Assembly (NCBI GenBank): GCA_964019335.1
Contig: OZ025680.1
Location: forward strand, 186,001-250,000
From: Diplonema japonicum
Lineage: Eukaryota > Protista > Euglenozoa: Diplonemea
Length of the DNA: 64,000 nt
Direction: 5' to 3'
Below are positions 20,317 through 30,300 of the stretch, piece after piece (the first letter of the stretch is position 1; every line of letters starts with the position of its first letter). The translations under genes were made by a program, and so were the position numbers. Under the pieces are notes generated by a model, which worked only from the letters and a program-made list of their open reading frames with translations, was not told the DNA's origin and ran no database searches.

Positions 20317-22101
20317 TCACTCTTTTTTACCTAGAATAGACGATAAGAACCCACCAGGGGTTTCGGGTTCAGAGCAGGTGAGAACAACCTCTCCTTCAGG
20401 GACTTTGTACAACACCCCTTCGCACTCTTCCATGTCGTCTTCTTCCCTCGACCCTTGCGTGCTCGAAGCGGGCTGCCTTGCCACGAAATCAAGGTGTATC
20501 TTAGACCCTTTGTGGATTTCGTTCGCCTCATGCGAAGACGCAATAAGACCAACGCAAGAACGCTCGATTTCATGCTTGATGGAACGCGCTCCGTAACGGA
20601 CATTATAGCCAGATTTTAAAAATTTGACAAGCTCAGTGGACCAGGAGAGGGACATGTTGTGACGGGAGCTTGCGATGTCCTTCCACGTGTTCAGTTCCTT
20701 CTCGATTAAGAGCTCGAGCTCCGCGTCCGTGAATGGGAGGAAGAATAGGGTTTCGTTGATCCTCCCAAGGAACTCGTCCCGTTTGAAGGCTTTTTTGAGG
20801 ATGGGTTGGACGATGGTCTCCCTGAACTTCCTCCCTATATCTGTACGGTGCGTCTGCTTGTCATTGTGGATGGCCTCGTGGCGGAGGCGGATGGCCTCGT
20901 CAGCGATTCTCCGTTGTCCTAAGTTTGACGTCATAATGAAGATGGCATCCTTGCATTCTGTGGTGTTGCCTTTACCGTCGGTGATGCGGCCTTCGTCGAA
21001 GACTTGCAGCATGACTGTCAACACGTCAGGGTGAGCTTTTTCGACTTCATCGAGGAGTACAACAGCATTGTTTTTTTCCGATAATTTTGTGGTCAACTGC
21101 CCGCCTTGTTCGTGCCCAACGTATCCAGGAGGGGACCCGATAAACTTTGCAACTTCATGTGCGTGCTGGTACTCACTCATGTCTATTCTGATGAAACCTG
21201 ATGTGTCATTATGGAGGTATTTTGCAACTTGTTTTGCAAGCTCGGTTTTTCCGATCCCGCTGGACCCGAGAAACAGGAACACCAATGGTTTGTTGGGGTC
21301 GTGCCATGAGTTCTCCTTTCTCCGTATTGCCGATGAAACGGAATGAATAGGCGCGAGCTGTCCCACGATGTTTTCCTTCAAACGTTCTTCTATAGGGTGT
21401 TTCTTGCGAGCATCTTTTTCAAGTGCTTCTCTGTGTCGGACAGCGGGTTCGAAGCATTTCTCCATTGCCGCTGCTTCCCGTTCTGATAAAAATTTCACCA
21501 AGCTTTTTGGGGTGATGTGTGGAGCCGATGCAATTGTTTCCAAAGATGCGCCGTGCCATATTAGCATTTCAACAGCAGGGACATGCCCGGATAGAATAGC
21601 GTAGTGGAGCGGGGTGAAGCCTGTCGTTTCTGATTTTTCAGAAATGTTTTGAAATTGTTTGCGTCGGGTTGCTGCGTTCGCCCGTGTGGCTTCCTCCGGA
21701 ATCCATTCGTCTCTTGCGTTCACATTGGCACCCTTGTCGATAAGTATTTTTATGAGTTCCGTGTTTCCTTGATGCGCTGCCACCATCAATGGGGACCATC
21801 CCAGAACGTGTCGCGCGTTGACATCAAGATCTGTTCTTTGGATGACTATGGTTGACGCTTCGTCGCCTCCTATTCTACAGATGTTGCACAAATCTGTGCC
21901 TGTAATAGCTTCGCCTTCGGTGTCTGGAGGGGCTGACAGATTGTTCTTGATGACCTTGTCGATGCCTTCACTGTTGAATTTTATCGGTATGTTGGTTTCT
22001 GCGCTGACGTGTTTTCTCATTCCTGCTCCGGCGCACCATCCTGCACCGATGCCAAGCGAAGCTTTGAAAAGGCGCCTTAGGTTGAGTATACTGCGGGTCA
22101 T
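20317..22101 (-). CDS. CLPB: Mitochondrial ankyrin-AAA+ disaggregase, Skd3/CLPB type
   Basis: Basic presequence-like N-terminus; ankyrin repeats (GWSPLMVAA, GFTPLHYA); one ClpB-NBD2 domain with GSSGIGKTE, GSPPGYVG, LLDEVEKAH and YGARSIK. Confidence 0.92.
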   Translation of the reverse strand: MTRSILNLRRLFKASLGIGAGWCAGAGMRKHVSAETNIPIKFNSEGIDKVIKNNLSAPPDTEGEAITGTDLCNICRIGGDEASTIVIQRTDLDVNARHVLGWSPLMVAAHQGNTELIKILIDKGANVNARDEWIPEEATRANAATRRKQFQNISEKSETTGFTPLHYAILSGHVPAVEMLIWHGASLETIASAPHITPKSLVKFLSEREAAAMEKCFEPAVRHREALEKDARKKHPIEERLKENIVGQLAPIHSVSSAIRRKENSWHDPNKPLVFLFLGSSGIGKTELAKQVAKYLHNDTSGFIRIDMSEYQHAHEVAKFIGSPPGYVGHEQGGQLTTKLSEKNNAVVLLDEVEKAHPDVLTVMLQVFDEGRITDGKGNTTECKDAIFIMTSNLGQRRIADEAIRLRHEAIHNDKQTHRTDIGRKFRETIVQPILKKAFKRDEFLGRINETLFFLPFTDAELELLIEKELNTWKDIASSRHNMSLSWSTELVKFLKSGYNVRYGARSIKHEIERSCVGLIASSHEANEIHKGSKIHLDFVARQPASSTQGSREEDDMEECEGVLYKVPEGEVVLTCSEPETPGGFLSSILGKKE

Positions 22102-22598
22102 ATCTAAATATATATAAAAAAAAAAAAAACCTTTTTTTTGATTGTGTTTTGGATGTAAATAAAAAAATAGGGGAAAATGAAACGAAAATATGAAGAAAAA
22201 AAAAAAACAAGTTTTTCGAAGGAACAATATTTTCGTTCTTTCTTTCTTTTTTTTTTTTTTTTTTTTTGGAAAACAGTAAAAAAGGGAAAAAAAAAAGCAC
22301 AAGTAAAAAGAAAAAAAAAAAAAAAAAAAAAAAAAAAACTGTAGAACAAGAGAGGGAATAGCTTTTTTAATTTCTTGCAAATAAGAAAACTGAAATGGGG
22401 TGAAAAAAAATGGAGAATACAACATTTTTGGGAAACAGGGAAAACAACAAACAAGTTCTGAAGTCAAGAATCAAGAAATACATTATTGCTTTTATTATAC
22501 TTTTTTTTTCGGAAAACAGTTTTTCCTTTCTAATCACAAGACTGCAGGTGAGTGAGGAATACAACAGGTAAGGTTGTGAAAGTACATAGCTCCATTTC

Positions 22599-24233
22599 CT
22601 AGTAGTACCTGGAACGGGGGGAGCCGGCAAGGGGAGAGCCGAGGGCCCTAAGCTTCGCGTCAAGGATGGGGCTGGCGGAGCCGAGCCTGGGGGAGGAGGC
22701 GGCGATGGAGGCTGCCGCGATGGCGGAGGCCGTTGGGGAGGCGGCGGCGAGGGCCGCGGCGTGGGCCCTCGCCGGGGACAAGGCGTCGACGTAGGCGACC
22801 CTGCGGGGGCTGGTGTCGTGGACGAGCCTCGAGACGGAGGCATGGTGGTGGATGTCAGCAGCGTGGACAGCGTCAACGTTGGCTGCCCCGGCAACCGCGT
22901 GTGCAGAGGCCTCGGTGGAGGATGCAAGGGCCTCCCTCGCACGGGCAGACGACAGGGCCGAGACCTCGTGTCCGTGCCTCACCCTCTCCACGCTGGCGTG
23001 GGTCGTCGCCGCCGCGAGACCGTGCCTCGCCACAGCCTCCCTGCTCGTCGCGCGCACGTGGTTCGCCTCCGACAGGGCGTACGACCTCCCGGCACGCTCC
23101 ACGCTCGCGTGTGCGATCGCGGCCCCAGCCCTCGCCGACTGCTCGTCCCCGAGCCTCGCCGCGAGGGAGGCACGTGCAACAGAGGCCCCGGCCTGCGCCG
23201 CCCCGGCTTCGGCTGCCGCTCCGGCCGCATCCCTGTCCGCAAGGGCGAACCTCGACGCAGCCGACGCCGCAGAGGCCTCCTCTGCAGCCGCCCTCCTCGA
23301 AGCAGCCGCCGCGTCCGCCTGGGCGTTCCCGTGCTGCAGGACACGCGTCCTGGCCTGCTGCTCCTGTGCCGCCGCCTGCGCGCGGGCATGCGCCGCCCCG
23401 GCCCTCGCGCTGTCGGCGTCCCTCCCAGCCGCTGCGAGGGCGATCGACGCAGCCCTCTCAGCTGCCGCCGCATCCCTCGCCGCCGCAGCAGCAGCAGCAG
23501 CCGTTGCCGCCACCTCCGTCCTCCTCCTCTCCGCCTCCGCCGCCGCCGCAGCAGCGTCAGCCGCCTGCACCCTCGCAAGCTGCGCCGTCGTCTGCGCCTC
23601 CGCCGCCATCGTCCCCACCACCCTCTCAGAGGTCACGGCGTTCGACGCAGCCGCCCCGGCAGCAGCGGCCCGTGCAGTCTGGGCAGCAGCCGCCGCCGCG
23701 CGAGCCGACCTCTCGTGCTCCATCGAGTGTGCCCTCAGAGCCGCCGACGTCGCCAGACCGTCCTTCGCCGCCGCATCCCTCGACGCCACCGACGCAGCCG
23801 CCGCCGCCGACCCGAGAGACGCCTCAGCCGCCACAAGCCCGGTCTGCGCCGCCCTGTAGTCTGCTCCCCTCCCGGTGAGGTCGGCCGAAGCCACAGCCGC
23901 GTCCCTCGACGCCGCCGCGTGGGCGTAGCTTGCCCCGGTCTCAGCAGCCCCGGCAGCAGCCACAGCCCCAGCGCTCGCCGACACCCTCCCAGCCTGAAGG
24001 GCAGCGTCCGCCCTCGAAGCAGCCGCCGTGGCACTGGCGTACGACGCGTTCGACGCCGCTGCTCCTGCACGAAGGTTCGCCCCCACCGCTCCACTGTGCG
24101 CCACTGCCTCGTTCACCGCGTGGTGGTGGCTCATCGCAGAGTGCACAGGGTCGGCGTCCACAACGTAGGTCGGGCTCAGGCTCGTCAGACGAGGGCTCAG
24201 GCTGGCGTGAAGGCGAGGCGAGTAGTAGGCCAT
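22599..24233 (-). CDS. Ala-rich helical protein (544 aa), copy 1
   Basis: Long GC-rich ORF repeated three times. The start MAYYSPR is shared by all copies. Confidence 0.8.
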   Translation of the reverse strand: MAYYSPRLHASLSPRLTSLSPTYVVDADPVHSAMSHHHAVNEAVAHSGAVGANLRAGAAASNASYASATAAASRADAALQAGRVSASAGAVAAAGAAETGASYAHAAASRDAAVASADLTGRGADYRAAQTGLVAAEASLGSAAAAASVASRDAAAKDGLATSAALRAHSMEHERSARAAAAAAQTARAAAAGAAASNAVTSERVVGTMAAEAQTTAQLARVQAADAAAAAAEAERRRTEVAATAAAAAAAARDAAAAERAASIALAAAGRDADSARAGAAHARAQAAAQEQQARTRVLQHGNAQADAAAASRRAAAEEASAASAASRFALADRDAAGAAAEAGAAQAGASVARASLAARLGDEQSARAGAAIAHASVERAGRSYALSEANHVRATSREAVARHGLAAATTHASVERVRHGHEVSALSSARAREALASSTEASAHAVAGAANVDAVHAADIHHHASVSRLVHDTSPRRVAYVDALSPARAHAAALAAASPTASAIAAASIAASSPRLGSASPILDAKLRALGSPLAGSPRSRYY

Positions 24234-24656
24234 TTTTTTATAAGAGTAAGTGAAAGAGTGAAGAGTAGAAATCTGTTTTTTTTTGTTTGTTGGATGCATT
24301 TTTTTTTTTTTTTATTTTTTTTATGAAGGTCAGAACAAAAAAAAATAGAAAATAAAATAGAAAGAAAAACAAGAATTGACAAGGGAACACACATTTTTTA
24401 TCGAATGTTAACAACACTCGATAACGAGTGACACAGAAATTGGCAGTTGAAACGAGAGGCTAAAAAGACTTCCGACTGGTGAGGAACACAAAAGGAAGCA
24501 TCAGATAATTCAAGAAAGGGAACGGAGATAATTAAAGGGAGAGAGCAGTGAGAGACAAAAAGAAACCCACGAGGAAGAAAGAAAGAAAAGGAATTCTCTG
24601 TGTTGAGAGAAGTTCCAAAAGTAAAAAGGACGGTAAGAATTTCACCTTTCAAATAA

Positions 24657-24658
<2 letters not shown>

Positions 24659-24717
<59 letters not shown>
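24659..24717. repeat. (CA)n microsatellite
   Basis: Seen directly. Confidence 0.98.
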
Positions 24718-24718
<1 letters not shown>

Positions 24719-24780
24719 CAAGTCACCACCACATAACATGACATAACATCACTTGTTGAGGAAGGGATGGAATCCCCTCT

Positions 24781-25146
24781 TCAGGCGTGAGTCCCAACGT
24801 GGGAGGTCTTCAGAAGCTTCTTGCAATGGGGCCCGTGGGTCCCAGCCTTCAAGTGGCACAACCCACAGCAGTGCACAGGGCTCACCCCAGTCACCTGGTA
24901 GTCGCAGCCGGTACACTTCACAGCAACCTTTTGGCACTTGGGGCCGTGCGTCCCAGCCTTCACAGCACACAACCCACAGCAGTGCTTCTCAACAGCACCC
25001 GACAGGGCGTAGAAGCAGCCAGGGCACTTCACCTCCTGCTTCTTGCAGAGGGGGCCGTGCGTCCCAGCCTTCATGTGGCACAACCCACAGCAGTTCGTGG
25101 GGTTCACACCAGTCACAGCGAAGTGGCAGCCAGCACACTTGGACAT
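24781..25146 (-). CDS. Small Cys/His-rich protein (121 aa) with three repeats of about 37 aa, copy 1; putative metal binder
   Basis: Three units of CxxC-x11-CCGLC-x2-KAGTHGPxC, after an A-rich leader and ATG. Confidence 0.82.
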   Translation of the reverse strand: MSKCAGCHFAVTGVNPTNCCGLCHMKAGTHGPLCKKQEVKCPGCFYALSGAVEKHCCGLCAVKAGTHGPKCQKVAVKCTGCDYQVTGVSPVHCCGLCHLKAGTHGPHCKKLLKTSHVGTHA

Positions 25147-26264
25147 TGGTTTTTTTTTTCTTTTTTTCTTGTAAAGTTCCTTTATTTTTTTCATTCAGTG
25201 TTGTTTGTAAAAGCACCTCCCTTTTTGGTGTGTCGATCTGAGTTAATTCTCCGAAGCCTACTCGTGGTACAAGGGGCACGGGTGGCCACTCTCGTCCTCG
25301 TCATGCGTCGTGCACAAAAAGTAAACCCGCAAAACCCACACTCGTTGTGCATCACCATAAAAAAGACGAAAAGAACGAACGAATATTGAGAGGAAGGGAG
25401 GAAGCAGGGGGAGAGGGGGGGGGGGGGGGGGACAAAAGAATGGACCAACTGATATTCTTCATGTACACCAACCTTCTCTCGATTCTTTATAAGGGTAGAC
25501 TTGCTGAACAGCAAGAGCCCTTCAACCCCGGACCAGTACCCGGTAGAACAGAGGAAGGGATGTGGTGCGTGGAGAAAACACGAAGAATCGTCAAAATCGC
25601 CCGTGAAGGATTTTTTTTTTTTTTGTTTTCTTTTTTTGTTTTCTTTTTGCTTTTTTTTGAAATAAATACTTTTGCATTCTATTTTTGCGATATACTTTAT
25701 TATTATTTTTTTCTCCGCTATTTTTTTCATACTCTTCTTTTTTTTTTTTCTGGGGATGTTGCAACCCACACCCAAGTTACATAAAGGAAGCACCTACCAG
25801 TGATAGACTCCACAGGAAGCGCGTGGTGTGAAAGAGATCAGGGCAGTGGACAGAACTATAAGATATGAAGAAAACAACAGGAAGAAGAGAGCTTTGTAAG
25901 AGTCAGGGAAGTTAGAAGGATAAAAGGCTTATAAAGTCGTGTAGAGAACGAAACAAGGAAAAGGAACATTTTCTTTTGTTCTGTGCTACGCCCAGCTCGT
26001 TACACTTTCCCCATTTTCCTTTTTTTAAAGTAAAATCTATTTTCTCCTCAATACATATATATATATATATTTTTTCCCATCTGGGTCAGAGATCCCCAAA
26101 AGAAAACAGTACTGATAAACAAAATTACTTTCATCTCCAACAACAGCTTGAAGAAAAAGCCTTATTTGAAATGATGTCCACCTGAACAAAACAGAATAAG
26201 GGATTTCTCAAACCAAATGGGATGAAAGCTAATACGATATTTTTTCTGTGGCGCAACCGGTGTG

Positions 26265-27080
26265 GCTGGTCAATTGCGTTCTTGCAAAGGTGGAAGGTCA
26301 CTTCACAAAAGCGACTGACCCACGAGAAAAAAATTGACAGCCCTGACGTCAAAAAAAAGAGAAACAAGAAGAAAAATACCCCGCTGTTTCATCAGAAGAA
26401 AATAAAGACATTTTTCTACATCCGTGAAAAAGCATGGGGAGGGGGGGATAATTAAACAAATCAAAAAAGGGGTAAATCAAAATGGTGCAAGCCCGCACGT
26501 CAGTTCTTTGCAAGGTACAACGTAACTGGTGCGCAACGTAAACACCTCACAAAAGCGACTGACCCACGAGAATGAAGTCATAGCAGTGCTCTGACGCCAA
26601 TAAAAAAAACAAGAATTAGAAGTAGCCCGCCGTTTCATCGGAAGAAAATAAAAGACATTTTCTATGAATATCCGCGAAAAAGCATATGGGGGGGGGGGGG
26701 GGGGGTTAACGTTGCTTTCCTTTCTTTTATATTTTAATACTAGCATCCTACACGTTCCTGTTTATCACCACGTGGGGAACGGTACAGATAAACAAGGGGA
26801 GGCAAAAAAAAAAAATCTCGCTTTTTCCAATTGCAATCACAACATGACGCAGTTACCTTATTTTGAAAAGACGCCACCAGGCTGCTCCTATGGATCGCAG
26901 TGGTGGCTAACAAAGAAAAAGGCTTACTTAATCAAAATTGTAGTGCAAGCGATATGGTTGGTCAATTGTTCTTTGCAAGGTGCGAACGTGCGCAACGTAA
27001 ACACCTCATAAAAGCGACTGACCCACGAGAATGAAAAAAGAATAAAATAGTCCGCCCGCTCGTTCATCGGACAAGACAAT
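26265..27080. repeat. Degenerate repeat of about 200 bp, 3 units, core CAAAAGCGACTGACCCACGAGAA
   Basis: Core seen near 26306, 26549 and 27007, with shared flanking blocks (CTTTGCAAGGT, GTTTCATCGGA). Confidence 0.8.
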
Positions 27081-27377
27081 AAAATTCTATGAAAAACGGG
27101 GGGGGGGGGGATAGTTTTCCAGTAGTAGTGATTTGGATGTGTTGCGTTGAACTGAGAGGGAAGGGCACCTGCGTGTGACAGGGTCCCAGGGATTTGTACG
27201 AATATCGAGACACCCCGTTATTTTTGCACGAAAACCCCAGAGAAGATCGTGCAGAAGGGTGCTCGGAAACAAAAAGAAGAAAATAAAAAAAAACAAAAAA
27301 TAAATGAGGACAAGAACAGAAGGGAACAAATATAAATAAAAACTAAATTATTTTTCTTTTTCTCTCCTTGTCCCCGC

Positions 27378-30300
27378 CTAAACAACGGTTGTACTCTCCT
27401 CTTTGACGGGTTCGCTATCCGAGAAGGCGGCCTTTGGCTTGCGCAGGAAGAAGTAGTAGACGAGGAAAGCAACGACAGCGACAACAACAAGAGAGCCGAA
27501 CACGATGCCGACGATGGCGCCCGTCGAGAGCGAGTCGCCCCCGTCGCCCCCCTGCTGGTCCTCCTCCTTCGGAGTAGGAAGCGGTGCCCTCTCGTTGGTC
27601 ACGGTCACGTCCTGCAGCTCCCCGCCCAGCCGGCCCTCGATCATTGCCTTGTTCGCCTGCAGCCTGTCTCGCACCGCCCCATTGTCCATCTCAGAGGGGA
27701 CCCTCAGGTCTGCCCTCACCGTGATGCTCTCCGCCGATCCTTGCTGTGTTGTTATTGCTGCACGCCCTGTCGAAGAGGCTCCCTCCCCACAGGTCACGCA
27801 GTACCCGCTTGTCGCCCTTTCCAGACACACGTTGAAGCAGCTCGCCCTCCCCCCCAGCAACAGCTCCAGTGCGGGCATGAGGTCCCTGCTCCCCGCCACA
27901 GCCTTCCCCATGTCGCTCGAGGCGATGCGGAAGACTGCCTGCACCCCCCTCAGCCCGGTCTCGGGGGAGAGAGTCACCGGCTCCTGCGTGGGAGGGACGG
28001 GTTCAGGTTCCAACGTGGGTGCGGCGGTGACCGGGGGATCCCTGCAGAAGTGCCTTGCCGTGAAGCCCGCTCCCTCTGTTCCGAGGTCGGAGGTGAAGTG
28101 CAGGTACAGGTCCCCGGTGCTGGCAAGAACAGTCGTCTCGTTCCCCGTCACCTCCCCCAGCCACGCCCCCTCCCGCCCGTAGACCCCCACCTTGTCGAAA
28201 CCGGGCTCCAACGAGGCCTCCAACGTCACCCTCGACTCGTGTCCAGCAGGGCACCCAAACCTCCAGCAGCGGCTCTTCAAAGGAAGGTAATCCTCCCTCT
28301 CCGCCTCATCTCCCGAATCAGCAGCAGCAGCAGCAGCAGCAGGGTACTGTACAGTGCGGGAGTAGCTCTCAAAAGAGTGGTCACAGTTCCTGTCGTTCTT
28401 CCCCCACGCGATCGGGTTGCTCGGAACACTCAGCTCGACGCTCCTCTCCGGTACCTCCTCCCCACACAGCCAGCGCAGCTCGAACTTGCTGTCCACCGTC
28501 TCGTCAAAGGCCGCCTTCACCACAATGTCGCCCGTGTAGCCAACATGCACCGTCCCCGTCCCTGTGAACCTGTCCAGCGGGGTCCTTCCGTCAGCCTTGT
28601 ACACCTCCACGTAGTCGTACCCAGCCTCAAGCTCCAGGTTCATCGTCAGCACCTTCACAGGCTTCTCGCAGGTCAGCCGGACACACTTCTCCCTCTGCAA
28701 GGTCAAGGATCCGGTGTCGCTGCCGTAGGTGCTGTAGGCAGAGCAGTGCTCCTTCACCGGGATCAAGGACGAGTAGTCGCACGTCCAGGAGAACGACGCG
28801 GCCGACCCCAGGGGGAGCGCGGCCTCCAGCGACACCGCCGCCGTTTTCGTCATCCTCACCGTGGGGTTTGCCGGACCAAGAGGCAACCCATCGCCGTCGC
28901 TGTTGCTGTTGCTCTTGACAGAGAGGGCCGCCCCAGAAACGTGTGTAAGGGTCAAAGGCACGCTGTAGTCGCAAGTGAGGTCCCAGCAGTGCACAGGGCT
29001 GTCCCTCTCCACCTCCACAAGCCCAGGTACCCTGCTTTGAGGAGCGCATTTATAGTTCCAGCTCACCTGTGCCCAGCCACCCCCACTCTTCGTCATCAGC
29101 ACCGCGTTCCTCGTCACCTCCATGATCTGGTACTGGTAGCCGTTCCCTCCCACGATCCTGTAATTCTCCACCTCGTCCCCTGTGTCCACCTCGAAGCGCC
29201 CGTCGCCTTCTCTCAGGTCGTACGCCACATTGATGTACAGTCGCTCCGGCGGATTCAGCGTGATGTACCAGCAGGTTGTCGTCTCGTCCGTCTCGTTCGT
29301 GCTGAAGCTTCCGGACCACCCGGAGAGGCGTTGGCAGTCTCCCGTGGGTGGCGACAGGGTTCTCGGAGCATCCGTCTCGGGAACCCCGCACGTCCAGTCC
29401 AAGGAGAAGGCCTCCCCGAGCCCGTAGGTCCCGATGTTTCGGATGTTCGAGGTCACCACCACGTCCCCCGTCAGGCTCACCACAATGCTGCGCACAAGGT
29501 TCGCCGCGTATCTGTTGCTGTCCACCACCTGCACGTAGTTCCCCTGAGTCCCCTGGGTCCCCCCCAGAGTGAGGTTCAGCGTCACCGTCTGGTCGCATCG
29601 GATCGTCCAGCACTCCTTCCCAGTCTCCTCCACGTCTTGGCGGGGATAGGTGAGCACAGCGGCCGTCAGGTCCTGGCACTTGCACGACCAGTTCAGCGTC
29701 ATTGCCTTCCGCGTCCTCCCCAACACCGCAGAGTTCACGTTCGTCGCGACAACCCTGGTCCTGCAGTCAGCCGTCGCAAGAGGGTTCTCCTCCGTGTCGA
29801 GGAGCGGGGTGGAGTAGCCGCACGTCGTTGTGAAACCCCTGAACACAATCTTCTGCGAGGGGAGGGGACACCGGAAGTGCCAGCAGTCCACACCCATCGC
29901 ATCCTCCCCGTTGATCCGGAACCTGTCGTTCTTTTCGTCGTCGGCGTCGTTGTCGTTGTTGTAGTCGACCGTGGTGCAAGACCCCCACCGCCCGCAGCCC
30001 CAGCTCAGGGTCGCGCTCCCGTGGACCACCACCTGCGTTCGGTGTGCGAGGTGCCTGCTCATGAAGGTGTCTTGCCCCCGTACAACCGTCCCCGTCTCCA
30101 GGTCCAACAAGGTCACAGAGCCCACGAGGTTCGCCGCAGAGAAGAGGGACTCCCCGTCGCACCCCACCCGGAAGCAGTCGCCGTTCACCACCGAGGTCGG
30201 TGTCCTCGCAGGGAGCTCCGGACACGGGTCTGCGGGAAGGCAGTTGAACTCCAATTCGAAGGTGCTGAAGGGGCGTGTCTCGTAGACCACCACAACCTCC

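Noticed and set aside
22101-22467. N-terminal extensions in track ORFs for CLPB, F-box, PARP, MGCC, Ala-rich and Cys/His genes
   Set aside because: They derive from non-ATG starts or homopolymer UTR sequence, so downstream ATGs were used.
26380-26400. CTGATGAAAC on the minus strand as hammerhead core or snoRNA box C
   Set aside because: There is no stem II between CUGAUGA and GAAA, and other repeat units read CCGATGA.
26265-27080. CRISPR-like array
   Set aside because: Spacing is irregular and long, the linkers are homologous to each other, there are no cas genes, and the context is eukaryotic.
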